A DNA stretch of 64,000 nt from Tepidisphaera sp. (lineage in GTDB: Bacteria > Planctomycetota > Phycisphaerae > Phycisphaerales > UBA1924), in NCBI GenBank assembly GCA_050916045.1, contig CP051526.1, positions 32,001 through 96,000 of the forward strand. The letters are read 5' to 3'. Under the pieces are notes generated by a model, which made no database searches, was not told the DNA's origin, and worked only from the letters and a program-made list of their open reading frames with translations. The position numbers and the translations under genes are program-made. Shown here one piece after another: positions 8,974 through 18,258 of this stretch. Within the stretch, counting starts at the first letter, position 1. Each line of letters opens with the position of its first letter.

Positions 8974-10227
8974 TTATCGATCACGCCCCGCCCGCTCCAG
9001 GACTTCGCCGTAGGCCCGGGCCGCGACGCTGACGGTGAACTTCTCTTCGAGCGTCTTGCGGGCGTTGATACCCATTTTCCTGCAGGTTTCGGGGTCGGCC
9101 ATCATCTCGCGGAGGATCTTGACGAGGCTGTCGGGGTCGCCGATCTCGCTCCAGCGGCCGGCGTGGTTGTCCTCGACCATGGAGCGCATCTCGGACCAGG
9201 ACTCGGAGAGGGCGATGATGGGGCGGCCGACGGCGAGGGAGGAATAGAGCTTGCTCGGGAAGCTGATCCCCTCGATGCCCTTGGCGATCGTGACGAGCTG
9301 GGCATCGGAGGCGGACATCGAGTCGGAGAGCTTGTCGAAGGGTTGATACGGGAGCATGAGGACGTTGGTGAGGTTGCGGCGCTTGACCTCACCCTCGACC
9401 CACTTGCGGCGGCCGCCGCCGCCGACGAGGACCAGGCGGAAGTTCTCGTTCTTGAGGCGTTCGGCGGCTTCGAGGATGGTTTCGAACTCGTAGTAGAGCC
9501 CGATGTTGCCGGAGTACATGACGGTGAAGGGTTCGATCAGGCCGTGGGCCTTGGCGAAGTCGCTCTCGGCCTTGGGCTTGGGTGAGAGCAGGTTCGGGTC
9601 GGCCCAGTTGTGGATGACGTGGACCTTGTCTGGAGCGATGCCGTAGGTCTCACAGACGAGCTTCTTCGCGGCGTCGCAGAGGACGATGGTGCGTTCAGCG
9701 CGGCGGTAGATGAACTTGTTGACGAGGTTCCAGGTGCGATCGATGAAGCCGCCGGCTTTTATCTTCTTGACCCACACGCCGACCTGCGGATGGGCGTCGT
9801 GGAGGAGCTGGACGTACCGGTGTCGGCGGAAAAGGGAGACGGTGGCGCCGATGACGCCGAGGAAGGGCGGGTTGGTGGTGTAGAGGTGGACATCGTCGCG
9901 CCGGCTCGCAAAGAGCATCCGGAAGAAGAGGGGGAAGAAGAAGGTGAAGATGTTGATCGCGCGGCCGACCATGCGGTCCTTGGAGTACCGCGTCGTGACC
10001 ATTCGGTGAATCTCGACGCCGTCGGTCTTCTCGCGGAGGGGGCAGGGAACCCACGTGCTCGGCGGGCCGTAGGAGGGTCGGCAGGAGATGACGCGGACGG
10101 GGAAGCCCTGCTTGGCGAGGTCGCGGGCGAGCTCATCCAGCAGGTGTCCGGTCGACGCGATGTCGGGCGCGTAGTACTGGTTGAGGATGAGGATGGGCTG
10201 CCGATTCTGGCTTGGTGGTGTGGTCAT
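8974..10227 (-). CDS. Glycosyltransferase family 4 (WcaI-like)
   Basis: ILNQYYAPDIASTG, TTNPPF, IHNWAD, MYSGNIG, FPSKLYSSLAVGRPII. Confidence 0.9.
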   Translation of the reverse strand: MTTPPSQNRQPILILNQYYAPDIASTGHLLDELARDLAKQGFPVRVISCRPSYGPPSTWVPCPLREKTDGVEIHRMVTTRYSKDRMVGRAINIFTFFFPLFFRMLFASRRDDVHLYTTNPPFLGVIGATVSLFRRHRYVQLLHDAHPQVGVWVKKIKAGGFIDRTWNLVNKFIYRRAERTIVLCDAAKKLVCETYGIAPDKVHVIHNWADPNLLSPKPKAESDFAKAHGLIEPFTVMYSGNIGLYYEFETILEAAERLKNENFRLVLVGGGGRRKWVEGEVKRRNLTNVLMLPYQPFDKLSDSMSASDAQLVTIAKGIEGISFPSKLYSSLAVGRPIIALSESWSEMRSMVEDNHAGRWSEIGDPDSLVKILREMMADPETCRKMGINARKTLEEKFTVSVAARAYGEVLERAGRDR

Positions 10228-10272
10228 CGCGTTGTTTGGGTTCGGTTGGCTGCCCTGAGCGGCCCAGACTCT

Positions 10273-10325
10273 ATATCGTTCGAACCCCGGTCGGCGTTGA
10301 GCGAGCCGGCGGAGCCAGCCGATAG
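10273..10325. promoter_or_regulatory. Divergent sigma28-like promoters
   Basis: + strand TTGAG-N16-GCCGATAG (10297-10325); - strand TCAAC-N15-AACGATAT (10300-10273). Confidence 0.35.
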
Positions 10326-10334
10326 ACGACACAC

Positions 10335-11213
10335 ATGCCGAGCCTGACGCCCCAGATCCGCCCCCCGTACAACGGCCCCCGACCGCCGGTGTCGGTCGTC
10401 ATTTTGACCCTCGACGAGGAGATCAACATGGCGGACTGCCTGGCTTCGTGCGTCTGGTGCGACGATGTTCACGTGCTGGATTCGGGGTCCAAGGACAAAA
10501 CGGCAGAACTTGCGCGTGCCGGCGGGGCGGCGGTCCACTTCAACCCGTTCAAGTCGTTCGGGGCGCAGCGGAACTGGGCGATCGATAACATCCCGCTCAA
10601 GCACGACTGGGTCTTCCATCTCGACGCCGACGAGCGGTTCACCGTGCCGATCGTCAAGGAAATCGCTCGCGTCGTGGAGTCAAGCCCGTCCGAAGCCGGT
10701 TACTACGTCGCTAACGAGATGGTCTTCATGGGGTCGTGGATCAAGCGGGCGAGCGGGTACCCGGCCCACCAGATGCGGCTCTTTCACAAAGCCCGCATGC
10801 GGTTCTCGGATCATGGCCACGGCCAGCGCGAGGACACGACGGGCAAGCTCGGCACGCTCAAGGAGCCGTACGTCCACCACAACTTCAGCAAGGGCCTGGA
10901 CGACTGGTTCGAGCGGCACAACCGGTACAGCCGCCGGGAAGCCGACCTGATCATCGCGAACGAGGGGGAGCGGGTCGGGTTGGGTGGCCTCTTTTCGGGG
11001 GACAAGATCGTCCGCCGGCGGACGCTGAAAGCGATCGCGAGCCGGGTGCCGATGCGGGCCCAGCTACGCTGGCTTCACACGGTGCTGGTGAAGGGTGCGT
11101 GGCTCGACGGTCGCGCGGGCATGCGGTACGCGACGCTTCTATCGGTGTACGAGCGGATGATCGCGCTCAAGGTCGCGGAGAAGCGGTCCAAGCAGCCCCG
11201 GGGTGGTGCGTGA
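10335..11213 (+). CDS. Glycosyltransferase family 2
   Basis: VSVVILTLDEE, LDSGSKDKT, QRNWA, FHLDADE (DxD). Confidence 0.92.
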   Translation: MPSLTPQIRPPYNGPRPPVSVVILTLDEEINMADCLASCVWCDDVHVLDSGSKDKTAELARAGGAAVHFNPFKSFGAQRNWAIDNIPLKHDWVFHLDADERFTVPIVKEIARVVESSPSEAGYYVANEMVFMGSWIKRASGYPAHQMRLFHKARMRFSDHGHGQREDTTGKLGTLKEPYVHHNFSKGLDDWFERHNRYSRREADLIIANEGERVGLGGLFSGDKIVRRRTLKAIASRVPMRAQLRWLHTVLVKGAWLDGRAGMRYATLLSVYERMIALKVAEKRSKQPRGGA

Positions 11214-11767
11214 GCGTGGGCGAGCCCGTTCCGGCGGCGGAGAAGGTGGTGCCGCTGGGCACGCCGTGGTCGCGCAAGCAGAACATCACGCGGGCGTTCT
11301 GGATGCTCTTCGGCCGGCTGCTGTTCCGGTGCACGCCGCGCGGTTGGCACGGCCTTCGATGCACGATCCTGCGCGGCTTTGGCGCCAAGATCGCTCGCGG
11401 CGTGCGGATCGCGCGGACGGTGGATGTTGAGATTCCGTGGACGCTCGACATCGGCAAGGGGTGCGACATCGGTGAGCACGCGATCCTGTACGGCTTGGGG
11501 CCCATCACGATCGGGGCTCGCACGGTGGTCGCGCCCTACGCGCATCTCTGTGCAGGCACGCACGACTACACCAGCCGGGTCTTTCAGCTTCTCAAGCCGC
11601 CGATCGTGATCGGGGCCGAGTGCCACATCGGCACGGACGCGTACGTCGCGCCCGAGGTGACCATCGGGGACCGGGTCGTGCTCGGGGCGAGGGCATGCGC
11701 GTACAAGGATCTCGAATCCGGCACGGTCTACACCGGAAACCCCGCGAAAGCCGTGGGAAAGCGATAG
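11210..11767 (+). CDS. wcaF: Hexapeptide-repeat acetyltransferase, WcaF-like
   Basis: LRGFGAKI, EIPWTLDIG, HLCAGTHDY, YTGNPA; GTG overlaps the GT2 stop (GTGA). Confidence 0.8.
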   Translation: MSVGEPVPAAEKVVPLGTPWSRKQNITRAFWMLFGRLLFRCTPRGWHGLRCTILRGFGAKIARGVRIARTVDVEIPWTLDIGKGCDIGEHAILYGLGPITIGARTVVAPYAHLCAGTHDYTSRVFQLLKPPIVIGAECHIGTDAYVAPEVTIGDRVVLGARACAYKDLESGTVYTGNPAKAVGKR

Positions 11768-11784
11768 GTCGGAGCGGGGCGGCC

Positions 11785-11812
11785 TGAAGCCGGGGCCCGA
11801 GAACGCCGATGC
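11785..11812 (+). promoter_or_regulatory. Sigma28 (FliA)-like promoter of the flagellin gene
   Basis: TGAAG-N15-GCCGATGC immediately upstream of a flagellin-family gene. Confidence 0.55.
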
Positions 11813-11818
11813 TCCGGC

Positions 11819-12628
11819 ATGGGACGGATGGTGTCCATGAACTTCAGCGGGCTTGCCGCGGCGCGGACGGCGTCCGACGCCAGGCGCGCGATGAACGCTT
11901 CGATGGAGCGGCTTGCAACAGGCAAGCGGATCAACCGCGCTTCGGACGATCCGGCGGGAGCGGTCGCTGTGACCGCGATGGACGCCCAGCGGAAAACGAT
12001 TACCGCGAGGATCAAGACCTTTGAACTGCAAGCCCTCGCGGTCGGCGCTCGGGATGGCGCCCTCGCGGGCTTGGGCGAACTGGTCGGACAGCTCGACGGC
12101 TTGGTCGTCGCGGCGGCGAACCGCAGCGGGATGGGCGAGGATGAACTCGCGGCTTTGCAGACCGAAGCGGATTCGATCCTGGGCGCGATCGACACGATGG
12201 CGTTCTCGCAAGCGTACCGCGGCGAACTGGTGCTTCAGGGCTGGGATGCGGGATCGATCGGCGTGTCGAAGGACGGCGAGGGCCGCCGCGTGTCGCTGAA
12301 GTCGCTCGCGAAGGGCGGGCTGCTCGACCTCTCATCCGGCGACCTCGAAACGGCGCAGCGCGTGGTGAAGGATTCGCTCTCGTCGATCGCGACGGCGCGG
12401 GCGGAAGCCGGTGCGGGCGTGAAGGGGGTGGATGCGCAGATCCGCTCGCTTCAGGAGGAGCTCATCAACCTGACCGAGGCGCAGTCGGAGGTTGAGGATG
12501 TGGACTACGCCAGCGAAGTGTCGGAGTTCGTGCGCCGGCAGGTGCTCACCGCCGCGGCGGACTTCGTGATGAAGATGACGATGGACCTGCAGAAGCAGGG
12601 CGTCCTGTCGCTGCTGGGCGCGAGGTGA
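11819..12628 (+). CDS. Flagellin-family protein (short, divergent)
   Basis: SMERLATGKRINRASDDPAG; C-terminal INLTEAQSEVEDVDYASEVSEF...VLSLLG. Confidence 0.85.
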   Translation: MGRMVSMNFSGLAAARTASDARRAMNASMERLATGKRINRASDDPAGAVAVTAMDAQRKTITARIKTFELQALAVGARDGALAGLGELVGQLDGLVVAAANRSGMGEDELAALQTEADSILGAIDTMAFSQAYRGELVLQGWDAGSIGVSKDGEGRRVSLKSLAKGGLLDLSSGDLETAQRVVKDSLSSIATARAEAGAGVKGVDAQIRSLQEELINLTEAQSEVEDVDYASEVSEFVRRQVLTAAADFVMKMTMDLQKQGVLSLLGAR

Positions 12629-12677
12629 TCGGTCGGACCACTGCGCGTATCGTTCGGATTCCACAGGGAGTCCGCGC

Positions 12678-15404
12678 ATGAACCGATTCTTCTCCGTCGT
12701 TCCCGGGATCGTCATTGCGGCCGGCTTTGCCGCTTCTGCGCTCGGCCAGGATGTGGCCTACGAGAAGTACACGCTTCCCAACGGGATGACCGTGATTCTG
12801 CATGAGGACCGGTCGCTTCCGGTGGCGACGGTGAACATTTGGTACCGAGTGGGAGCTCAGGATGAACCGCCGGGCCGGAGCGGGTTTGCGCACCTTTTCG
12901 AGCACCTGATGTTCATGGGCACCAAGCGGGTCCCGGGCAACCAATTCGATGTGCTGATGGAGACTGGCGGCGGAGCCAACAACGCGTCGACCGACCTGCA
13001 CCGGACGAACTACTTCTCGTGGGGTCCGAGCACGCTGCTTCCGACGCTGCTTTGGCTTGACGCCGACCGCCTCGAGGACATGGGCCTTCAGATGAACCAG
13101 GAGAAGCTCGACAAGCAGCGGGACGTGGTCCGCAACGAGCTTCGGCAGGTCGTCGAGAACGCCCCGTACGGCAAAGCTTCGGAGATGGTGTACAAAGCCC
13201 TCTACGCACCGACGCACCCGTACTACTACGGCGTCATCGGGACGCACGAAGACCTCGAAGCCGCGAACGTCGCGAACGTCAAGGACTTCTTCGCGAATTT
13301 CTACGTTCCGAACAACGCTTCGTTGGTGATCGCGGGAGACTTTGACTCCGCGGCGGTCCGTCCGCTGGTTGACTCGCTTTTCGGCACGCTTCCCGCCGGC
13401 CAGCCGGTGACGCGGAAGTACACCAAGCCCGCGCAGGCGATCCCGGTGAAGCTCGACGGAGTGCGACGCATCACGGCGATCGACAAGGTGCAGCTTCCGA
13501 AGGTCGAGTACACGTATCACAGCCCCGTCGCTTTCGGCAACGGCGACGCGGAGATGCAACTCGCGGCGGCCGTGCTTGCGGACGGGAACTCAAGCAGGCT
13601 TTACAAGCGGCTCGTGATCGACGAACAGATCGCGGCCGAAGTGAGCGCGATGCAGCAGGGATACCCGCTGGGCGGGATGTTCCAGATCGCCGTGCTCGCC
13701 AAGCCGGACGCGGACCTCGCGCGGGTGGAAGCCCTCGTCGACGAGGAACTCGCCAAGCTGATCAAGGACGGACCCACCGCAGAGGAGCTCGACCGGTACA
13801 AAGCCACGATCGAGATGGCAACGCTCGCGAGTCTCCAGAGCATCGACCGCAAAGCGGACCGGATGAACGAGTACGAGTACTACTGGGGTGAGCCCAACAG
13901 CTTCAAGCGTGACCTGGACCGGTTCCGCAGCGCGACGCCGGCGAAGGTGCGTGAATGGGCCGAAGAGACCATCAAGCAGAACGCCCGCGTGATCGTACGC
14001 GTACTTCCGGAGGAGCCCGAGCGGGCGGCGTCTCCGCGCGACGCGAGGCCGAAGGACGGAGCGACGAGCGAGTTCAAGGTTCCCGCGCCGCAGATGGCGA
14101 CGCTTTCGAATGGGCTTCGCGTGGCGCTCTGGACGCGGAGCGATCTGCCGCTGGTGGCGCTGCATCTCGTCAGCAAGCCGGGTGGGGCGCTGGACGCCAA
14201 GGGAGCGGAGGGGCGGGCTTCGCTTGCGGCGGAGATGATGACGCAGGGCGCGGGCGAGCTTGACTCCCTGGCGTTCGGAGATGCGGTGCAGGCGATCGGA
14301 GGGTCGTTCAGCGCGAGCGCGGATCACGAAACCCTCGGTGTCTCGATGACGGTCCTCAAGCGGAACGTCGAGCGCGGGGTCGGGTTGTTCGCCGATGCGG
14401 TCGTACGCCCGAGGATGGAAGCCAAGGACTGGGAGCGGGTCAGGTCGCTTCGAGCGGACGACCTGCGTCAGGCTCTCGAATCTCCCGCCGCCGCGGCCAC
14501 GATGGTCGCCGACCGGATGGTGTACGGCGAGAGCAACCCGTACGCTTTCCCCGCCGGTGGGACCGTCAAGAGCGTCGAAGCGATGACGCTGGATCAGGTG
14601 CGAGCCGCTCGCAAGTCTCTCGTTGACCCGGCGTTCTGCACGCTTCTTGTCGCGGGTGACGTCACGCTGGCGGAGCTGACGCCGATGCTTGAGAGGGCTC
14701 TGGGCTCGTGGACGGGCGTCAATGTGCAGCCCGGGACGCGGGCGGAGTTTGCGATCCAGCCGCGAACCTCGCTTAAGCTCGCGATCGTCGATCGTCCGGG
14801 CGCGACGCAGACCATGATCCGGTTCCAGTCGCCGGGCGTGAAGTACACCGATCCGAACCGCGTGAAGCTGCGGCTCCTGAGCACCCTGCTTGGCGGCAGC
14901 TTCACCAGCCGCCTGAATCAGAATCTCCGCGAGGACCACGGGTACACCTACGGCGCGCGGTCGCGGTACGCGATGGAGATTTCCGCGGGGACGTTCAGCG
15001 CCGGCGCGAGCGTGCAGGCGGAAGTCACGGGGGCGGCGTTGCGCGAGTTCATGAAGGAGTTCAACCGCTTGCGGGCGGGCGATGTCTCCGAGGATGATGC
15101 TCGCAAGGTCCGCGAGACGGCACGCAACGAGACGGTGCGCGGGTTCCAGGGGCTTTCGGGCCTGCTCGGCGTGGCGGAAACGATGCTTGTCAACGGTCTT
15201 TCGTTCGACACCGTCGCGGCGGACATGGCGATGATCGACAAGGTGACCGCCGCCGATCTCAACGCGATCGCGAAGAGCGCGCTGCCGATCGAGTCCGGCG
15301 TGCTGGTGCTGGTCGGCGATAAAGCCCTGATCCTCGAACAGATCAAGGACCTCGGCCTCGGCGAACCCGTGTTCGTCGATGCCGAGGGGAACCCGGTGAA
15401 GTAA
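12678..15404 (+). CDS. Secreted M16 family zinc peptidase (pitrilysin-like, fused two-domain)
   Basis: Signal peptide; GFAHLFEHLMF (HxxEH); SRLNQNLREDHGYTYG. Confidence 0.93.
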   Translation: MNRFFSVVPGIVIAAGFAASALGQDVAYEKYTLPNGMTVILHEDRSLPVATVNIWYRVGAQDEPPGRSGFAHLFEHLMFMGTKRVPGNQFDVLMETGGGANNASTDLHRTNYFSWGPSTLLPTLLWLDADRLEDMGLQMNQEKLDKQRDVVRNELRQVVENAPYGKASEMVYKALYAPTHPYYYGVIGTHEDLEAANVANVKDFFANFYVPNNASLVIAGDFDSAAVRPLVDSLFGTLPAGQPVTRKYTKPAQAIPVKLDGVRRITAIDKVQLPKVEYTYHSPVAFGNGDAEMQLAAAVLADGNSSRLYKRLVIDEQIAAEVSAMQQGYPLGGMFQIAVLAKPDADLARVEALVDEELAKLIKDGPTAEELDRYKATIEMATLASLQSIDRKADRMNEYEYYWGEPNSFKRDLDRFRSATPAKVREWAEETIKQNARVIVRVLPEEPERAASPRDARPKDGATSEFKVPAPQMATLSNGLRVALWTRSDLPLVALHLVSKPGGALDAKGAEGRASLAAEMMTQGAGELDSLAFGDAVQAIGGSFSASADHETLGVSMTVLKRNVERGVGLFADAVVRPRMEAKDWERVRSLRADDLRQALESPAAAATMVADRMVYGESNPYAFPAGGTVKSVEAMTLDQVRAARKSLVDPAFCTLLVAGDVTLAELTPMLERALGSWTGVNVQPGTRAEFAIQPRTSLKLAIVDRPGATQTMIRFQSPGVKYTDPNRVKLRLLSTLLGGSFTSRLNQNLREDHGYTYGARSRYAMEISAGTFSAGASVQAEVTGAALREFMKEFNRLRAGDVSEDDARKVRETARNETVRGFQGLSGLLGVAETMLVNGLSFDTVAADMAMIDKVTAADLNAIAKSALPIESGVLVLVGDKALILEQIKDLGLGEPVFVDAEGNPVK

Positions 15405-15427
15405 GCGTGAAGTGAGTGCGGATCGGG

Positions 15428-16087
15428 TCAGACGTGCTTGATGACGTCCTTGGCTTCGAACCGAACCTTCTTCATGGCGCCGAACATGTCGTCGGCCGCG
15501 CGGTAGCCCGCTGTCGCCACCACGACCGCCGAGTAGCCCTGAGCCGGGAGATTCAGAATCTCGTTGTAGCCCTTGGGGTCAAAGCCCTCCATCGGGCAGG
15601 CGTCGACGCCGAGGAGGGCCGCCGCCGTCAGGAACTGACCCAGCGCGATGTAGACCTGTGAGCGGGTGTACGTCACCATGTCGCCGCCGGGGAGGCTGGG
15701 CGGGTTGGTGACCGATCCGACCATCATGTTGCGGTAGCCCTCGAGCTCAGCCTTAGGCGTGCCGCGAACTTGGGCGATCCGGTCGACATAAGCATCGACA
15801 TCCGCGGCCGTCAGATCATTCTTGCGGCAGAAGACCACCATGTGCGAAGCATCCGTGATCTGCGGCTGGTTCCACGAGACTGCACGGAGCTTCTGGCGGA
15901 TCGCCGTGTCCGCGACGACGACGAATCGCCAAGCCTGCAACCCGTAGGACGACGGTGAAAGGACCAGAGCCTGCTCGAGCGTCGACCAGAGCCCGGCGTC
16001 GATCTTCTTGCTTGGATCGAACTTTTTGGTGGCGTAGCGCCACGAGAGGGACGCGAGCAGGTCGGCGGGAGTGATGGCGTTCGGCAC
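15428..16087 (-). CDS. NAD(P)H-dependent nitroreductase (NfsB-like)
   Basis: WRYATKKFD, LSPSSYGLQAW, DACPMEGFD; RBS ggagg before the GTG start. Confidence 0.92.
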   Translation of the reverse strand: MPNAITPADLLASLSWRYATKKFDPSKKIDAGLWSTLEQALVLSPSSYGLQAWRFVVVADTAIRQKLRAVSWNQPQITDASHMVVFCRKNDLTAADVDAYVDRIAQVRGTPKAELEGYRNMMVGSVTNPPSLPGGDMVTYTRSQVYIALGQFLTAAALLGVDACPMEGFDPKGYNEILNLPAQGYSAVVVATAGYRAADDMFGAMKKVRFEAKDVIKHV

Positions 16088-16142
16088 GGAAGTACCTCCA
16101 GAGAAGCCCCCGGTCCTGGAAAGACCTTGAGAGCTCGACTCA

Positions 16143-16170
16143 ATCGTATCGACAATGATCGATGCGTCAA
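16143..16170 (-). promoter_or_regulatory. Sigma70-like promoter of the nitroreductase gene
   Basis: TTGACG-N16-TACGAT on the - strand. Confidence 0.5.
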
Positions 16171-16213
16171 GAAACCGGCGAAGGTCGTGCCGAAACTTGT
16201 TTCATCGTTCGGT

Positions 16214-17677
16214 TCAGTCTTCGTCAAGCTGTTTCTTGCGGCGGAGGACGTGGTGGTAGTGCTGGGCGAAGCGGTGGGCTTCGTCGCGGACGGCCTGGAG
16301 CAGGCGCAGGCCGAGATTCTCGCGTCCCAGGCGGATGGGATCGCTCCGCTGCTGCACGTAGATGAGCTCTTCCTTCTTCGCGAGGCTGATGACCATCGGA
16401 GGCTGGATGTCGAGTTGGGCGAAGGCTTCGAGGCCGGCGTGGAGCTGTCCCAAGCCGCCGTCGATGAGGATGACCTCGGGATAGAGCTCGCTTCCGGTGC
16501 CGGCTTCGCGGTACCGGCGGCTGACGACCTCGCGGATTGAGCTGTAGTCGTCGTTGGTGACGCTCTTGATCTTGAAGCGGCGGTACTCGCTTTTGAGTGG
16601 TCGGCCGTCGATGAAGCAGACCTTGCTTCCGACGGTCTCGCCGCCTTGGAGGTGGGCGATGTCGATCCCTTCGATGCAGCGGATGGGCTCGGCGAGGCCG
16701 AGGGTGCGCTGGAGGCTTTCGAGGCCTTTGCGCGGGTCGATGAGGTCGATCTCGGACTCGGGCTGCCAGCCCTCATCGCGGCCGGCGCGTTCGTCGAGCT
16801 TGGCGAGGGCTTTGATCTGGTCGCGGATCGCGGCGGCGCGCTCGAAGTTCATGTCCGCGGCCATTCGGGTCATCTCTTCGGTCATCTCGCGGACCATCTC
16901 GGATCGACGGGTGCCGAGGAAGCGGGTGAAGCGTTCGACGTCCTCGCGGTAGGCTTCTCGGGAGATCTTGTCGGCACAGGGCGCGGTGCACTGATGGATC
17001 GCGTAGAGGAGGCAGGGGCGGAAGCGTTTGTTCCGTTCGTCGCCGGCGATGATGTCGAGTTTGCAGGTTCGAAATTTGAAGACGCGCTGGAGGATCTGGA
17101 TGGCTTCGCGGAGGGCGCCGGCGTTGGTGAAGGGGCCGAAGATCCGGGCGCCCTTCATCTCTTCGGCGACTCCGATGCCGCCGCCGTCGCGGTCGGCGCG
17201 TTCCTCGATGCCCTGCGGGTTGCGCGTGATGAAGACGCGGGGAAAGTCCTCGCGGCTGGTGATGACGAGGTAGGGGAAGGTCTTGTCGTCGGTGAGACGG
17301 ACGTTGAAGCGCGGGTGGATGTCCTTGATCAGCCGGTTCTCGGTGAGCAGGGCTTCCCACTCACCCTCGCAGACGAGATGGTCGAAGGTGTGAACGAACT
17401 CGAGCAGGCTCTGCTTGGCTCCGCCGAGATCCGCGGAGGGGACGAAGTAGGACGAGACGCGGTCGGGCAGGCTGAGGGCTTTGCCGACGTAAATGACCAC
17501 GCCCTTTTGGTCCTTCATGAGGTACACGCCGGGTCTTTTCGGCAGTTTCCGCGCACGGGCGAGCAGGCGGGCCATCCGCGCGTCGTGCGTCTCGGTGCCC
17601 CAGGTCGGGGGCGCATCGTCGGGCAGGATGCCGTCCTCGTCGGGCAGAATGGGGTCTGGGTCGTCGCGCTGCGGCAC
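16214..17677 (-). CDS. uvrC: Excinuclease ABC subunit C (no C-terminal HhH domain)
   Basis: GIY-YIG PGVYLM...IYVGKA; FGPF; CLLYAIHQCTAPC; EGIDIAH; IDGGLGQL; VRDEAHRFA; start uncertain (17677 GTG or 17575 ATG). Confidence 0.93.
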   Translation of the reverse strand: MPQRDDPDPILPDEDGILPDDAPPTWGTETHDARMARLLARARKLPKRPGVYLMKDQKGVVIYVGKALSLPDRVSSYFVPSADLGGAKQSLLEFVHTFDHLVCEGEWEALLTENRLIKDIHPRFNVRLTDDKTFPYLVITSREDFPRVFITRNPQGIEERADRDGGGIGVAEEMKGARIFGPFTNAGALREAIQILQRVFKFRTCKLDIIAGDERNKRFRPCLLYAIHQCTAPCADKISREAYREDVERFTRFLGTRRSEMVREMTEEMTRMAADMNFERAAAIRDQIKALAKLDERAGRDEGWQPESEIDLIDPRKGLESLQRTLGLAEPIRCIEGIDIAHLQGGETVGSKVCFIDGRPLKSEYRRFKIKSVTNDDYSSIREVVSRRYREAGTGSELYPEVILIDGGLGQLHAGLEAFAQLDIQPPMVISLAKKEELIYVQQRSDPIRLGRENLGLRLLQAVRDEAHRFAQHYHHVLRRKKQLDED

Positions 17678-17772
17678 GGGGGATCGTACGAAGGGGTGGG
17701 CTGGTCGGTGGGCATAACCCCGTGCGGACCTGTGGCGTGTCGGTCGAATCTTGAATTGTGCGCACGGGGCGG

Positions 17773-17800
17773 TCAAGGAAGGGTGGCGGCGCGTCGATAC
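17773..17800 (+). promoter_or_regulatory. Sigma28-like promoter
   Basis: TCAAG-N15-GTCGATAC upstream of the PilZ gene. Confidence 0.45.
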
Positions 17801-17856
17801 ACACGGCACAGGCCGCATGGTGGCGGCCCCGGTGGTGTACCAAGGAAGGTGAGCAC

Positions 17857-18219
17857 ATGAAGATCGCAGAGCAGACCGTGCGCGATGAGGCCGCGCTCCC
17901 CGTGTGGGCTCGCAAAGCCGAGGAACGGATCCGCAAGCTGGACCGGCGGCATGACGAGCGTCAGTCGATCGTCGGCGAGGGGATCGCCGCGTTCGTCGAT
18001 GGCGAGGGCGGCGCGAAGGTGTGCAAGGTCGAGTTCGTCGATGCATCCGGCATGGGTCTTGGCATCCGCTGCGGGATCGCAATCACGCCGGGGGCTCGGT
18101 TCACGCTCCGGCCCGACTCGGGACTCTCGCAGGCGCACGCGGGCGTGGTGAGCCGGTGCTCGCGCGACGGCGAGGGATACCGCCTTGGCCTCAAGCTCTT
18201 CCTTGCGAAAGCGGCGTAG
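17857..18219 (+). CDS. Stand-alone PilZ-domain protein
   Basis: RRHDER (RxxxR) and DASGMG (DxSxxG) c-di-GMP-binding motifs; RBS ggaaggt. Confidence 0.75.
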   Translation: MKIAEQTVRDEAALPVWARKAEERIRKLDRRHDERQSIVGEGIAAFVDGEGGAKVCKVEFVDASGMGLGIRCGIAITPGARFTLRPDSGLSQAHAGVVSRCSRDGEGYRLGLKLFLAKAA

Positions 18220-18258
18220 GCGGGCCGCCGGGACCGATCTCGCCGAGTCCGATCTTGG

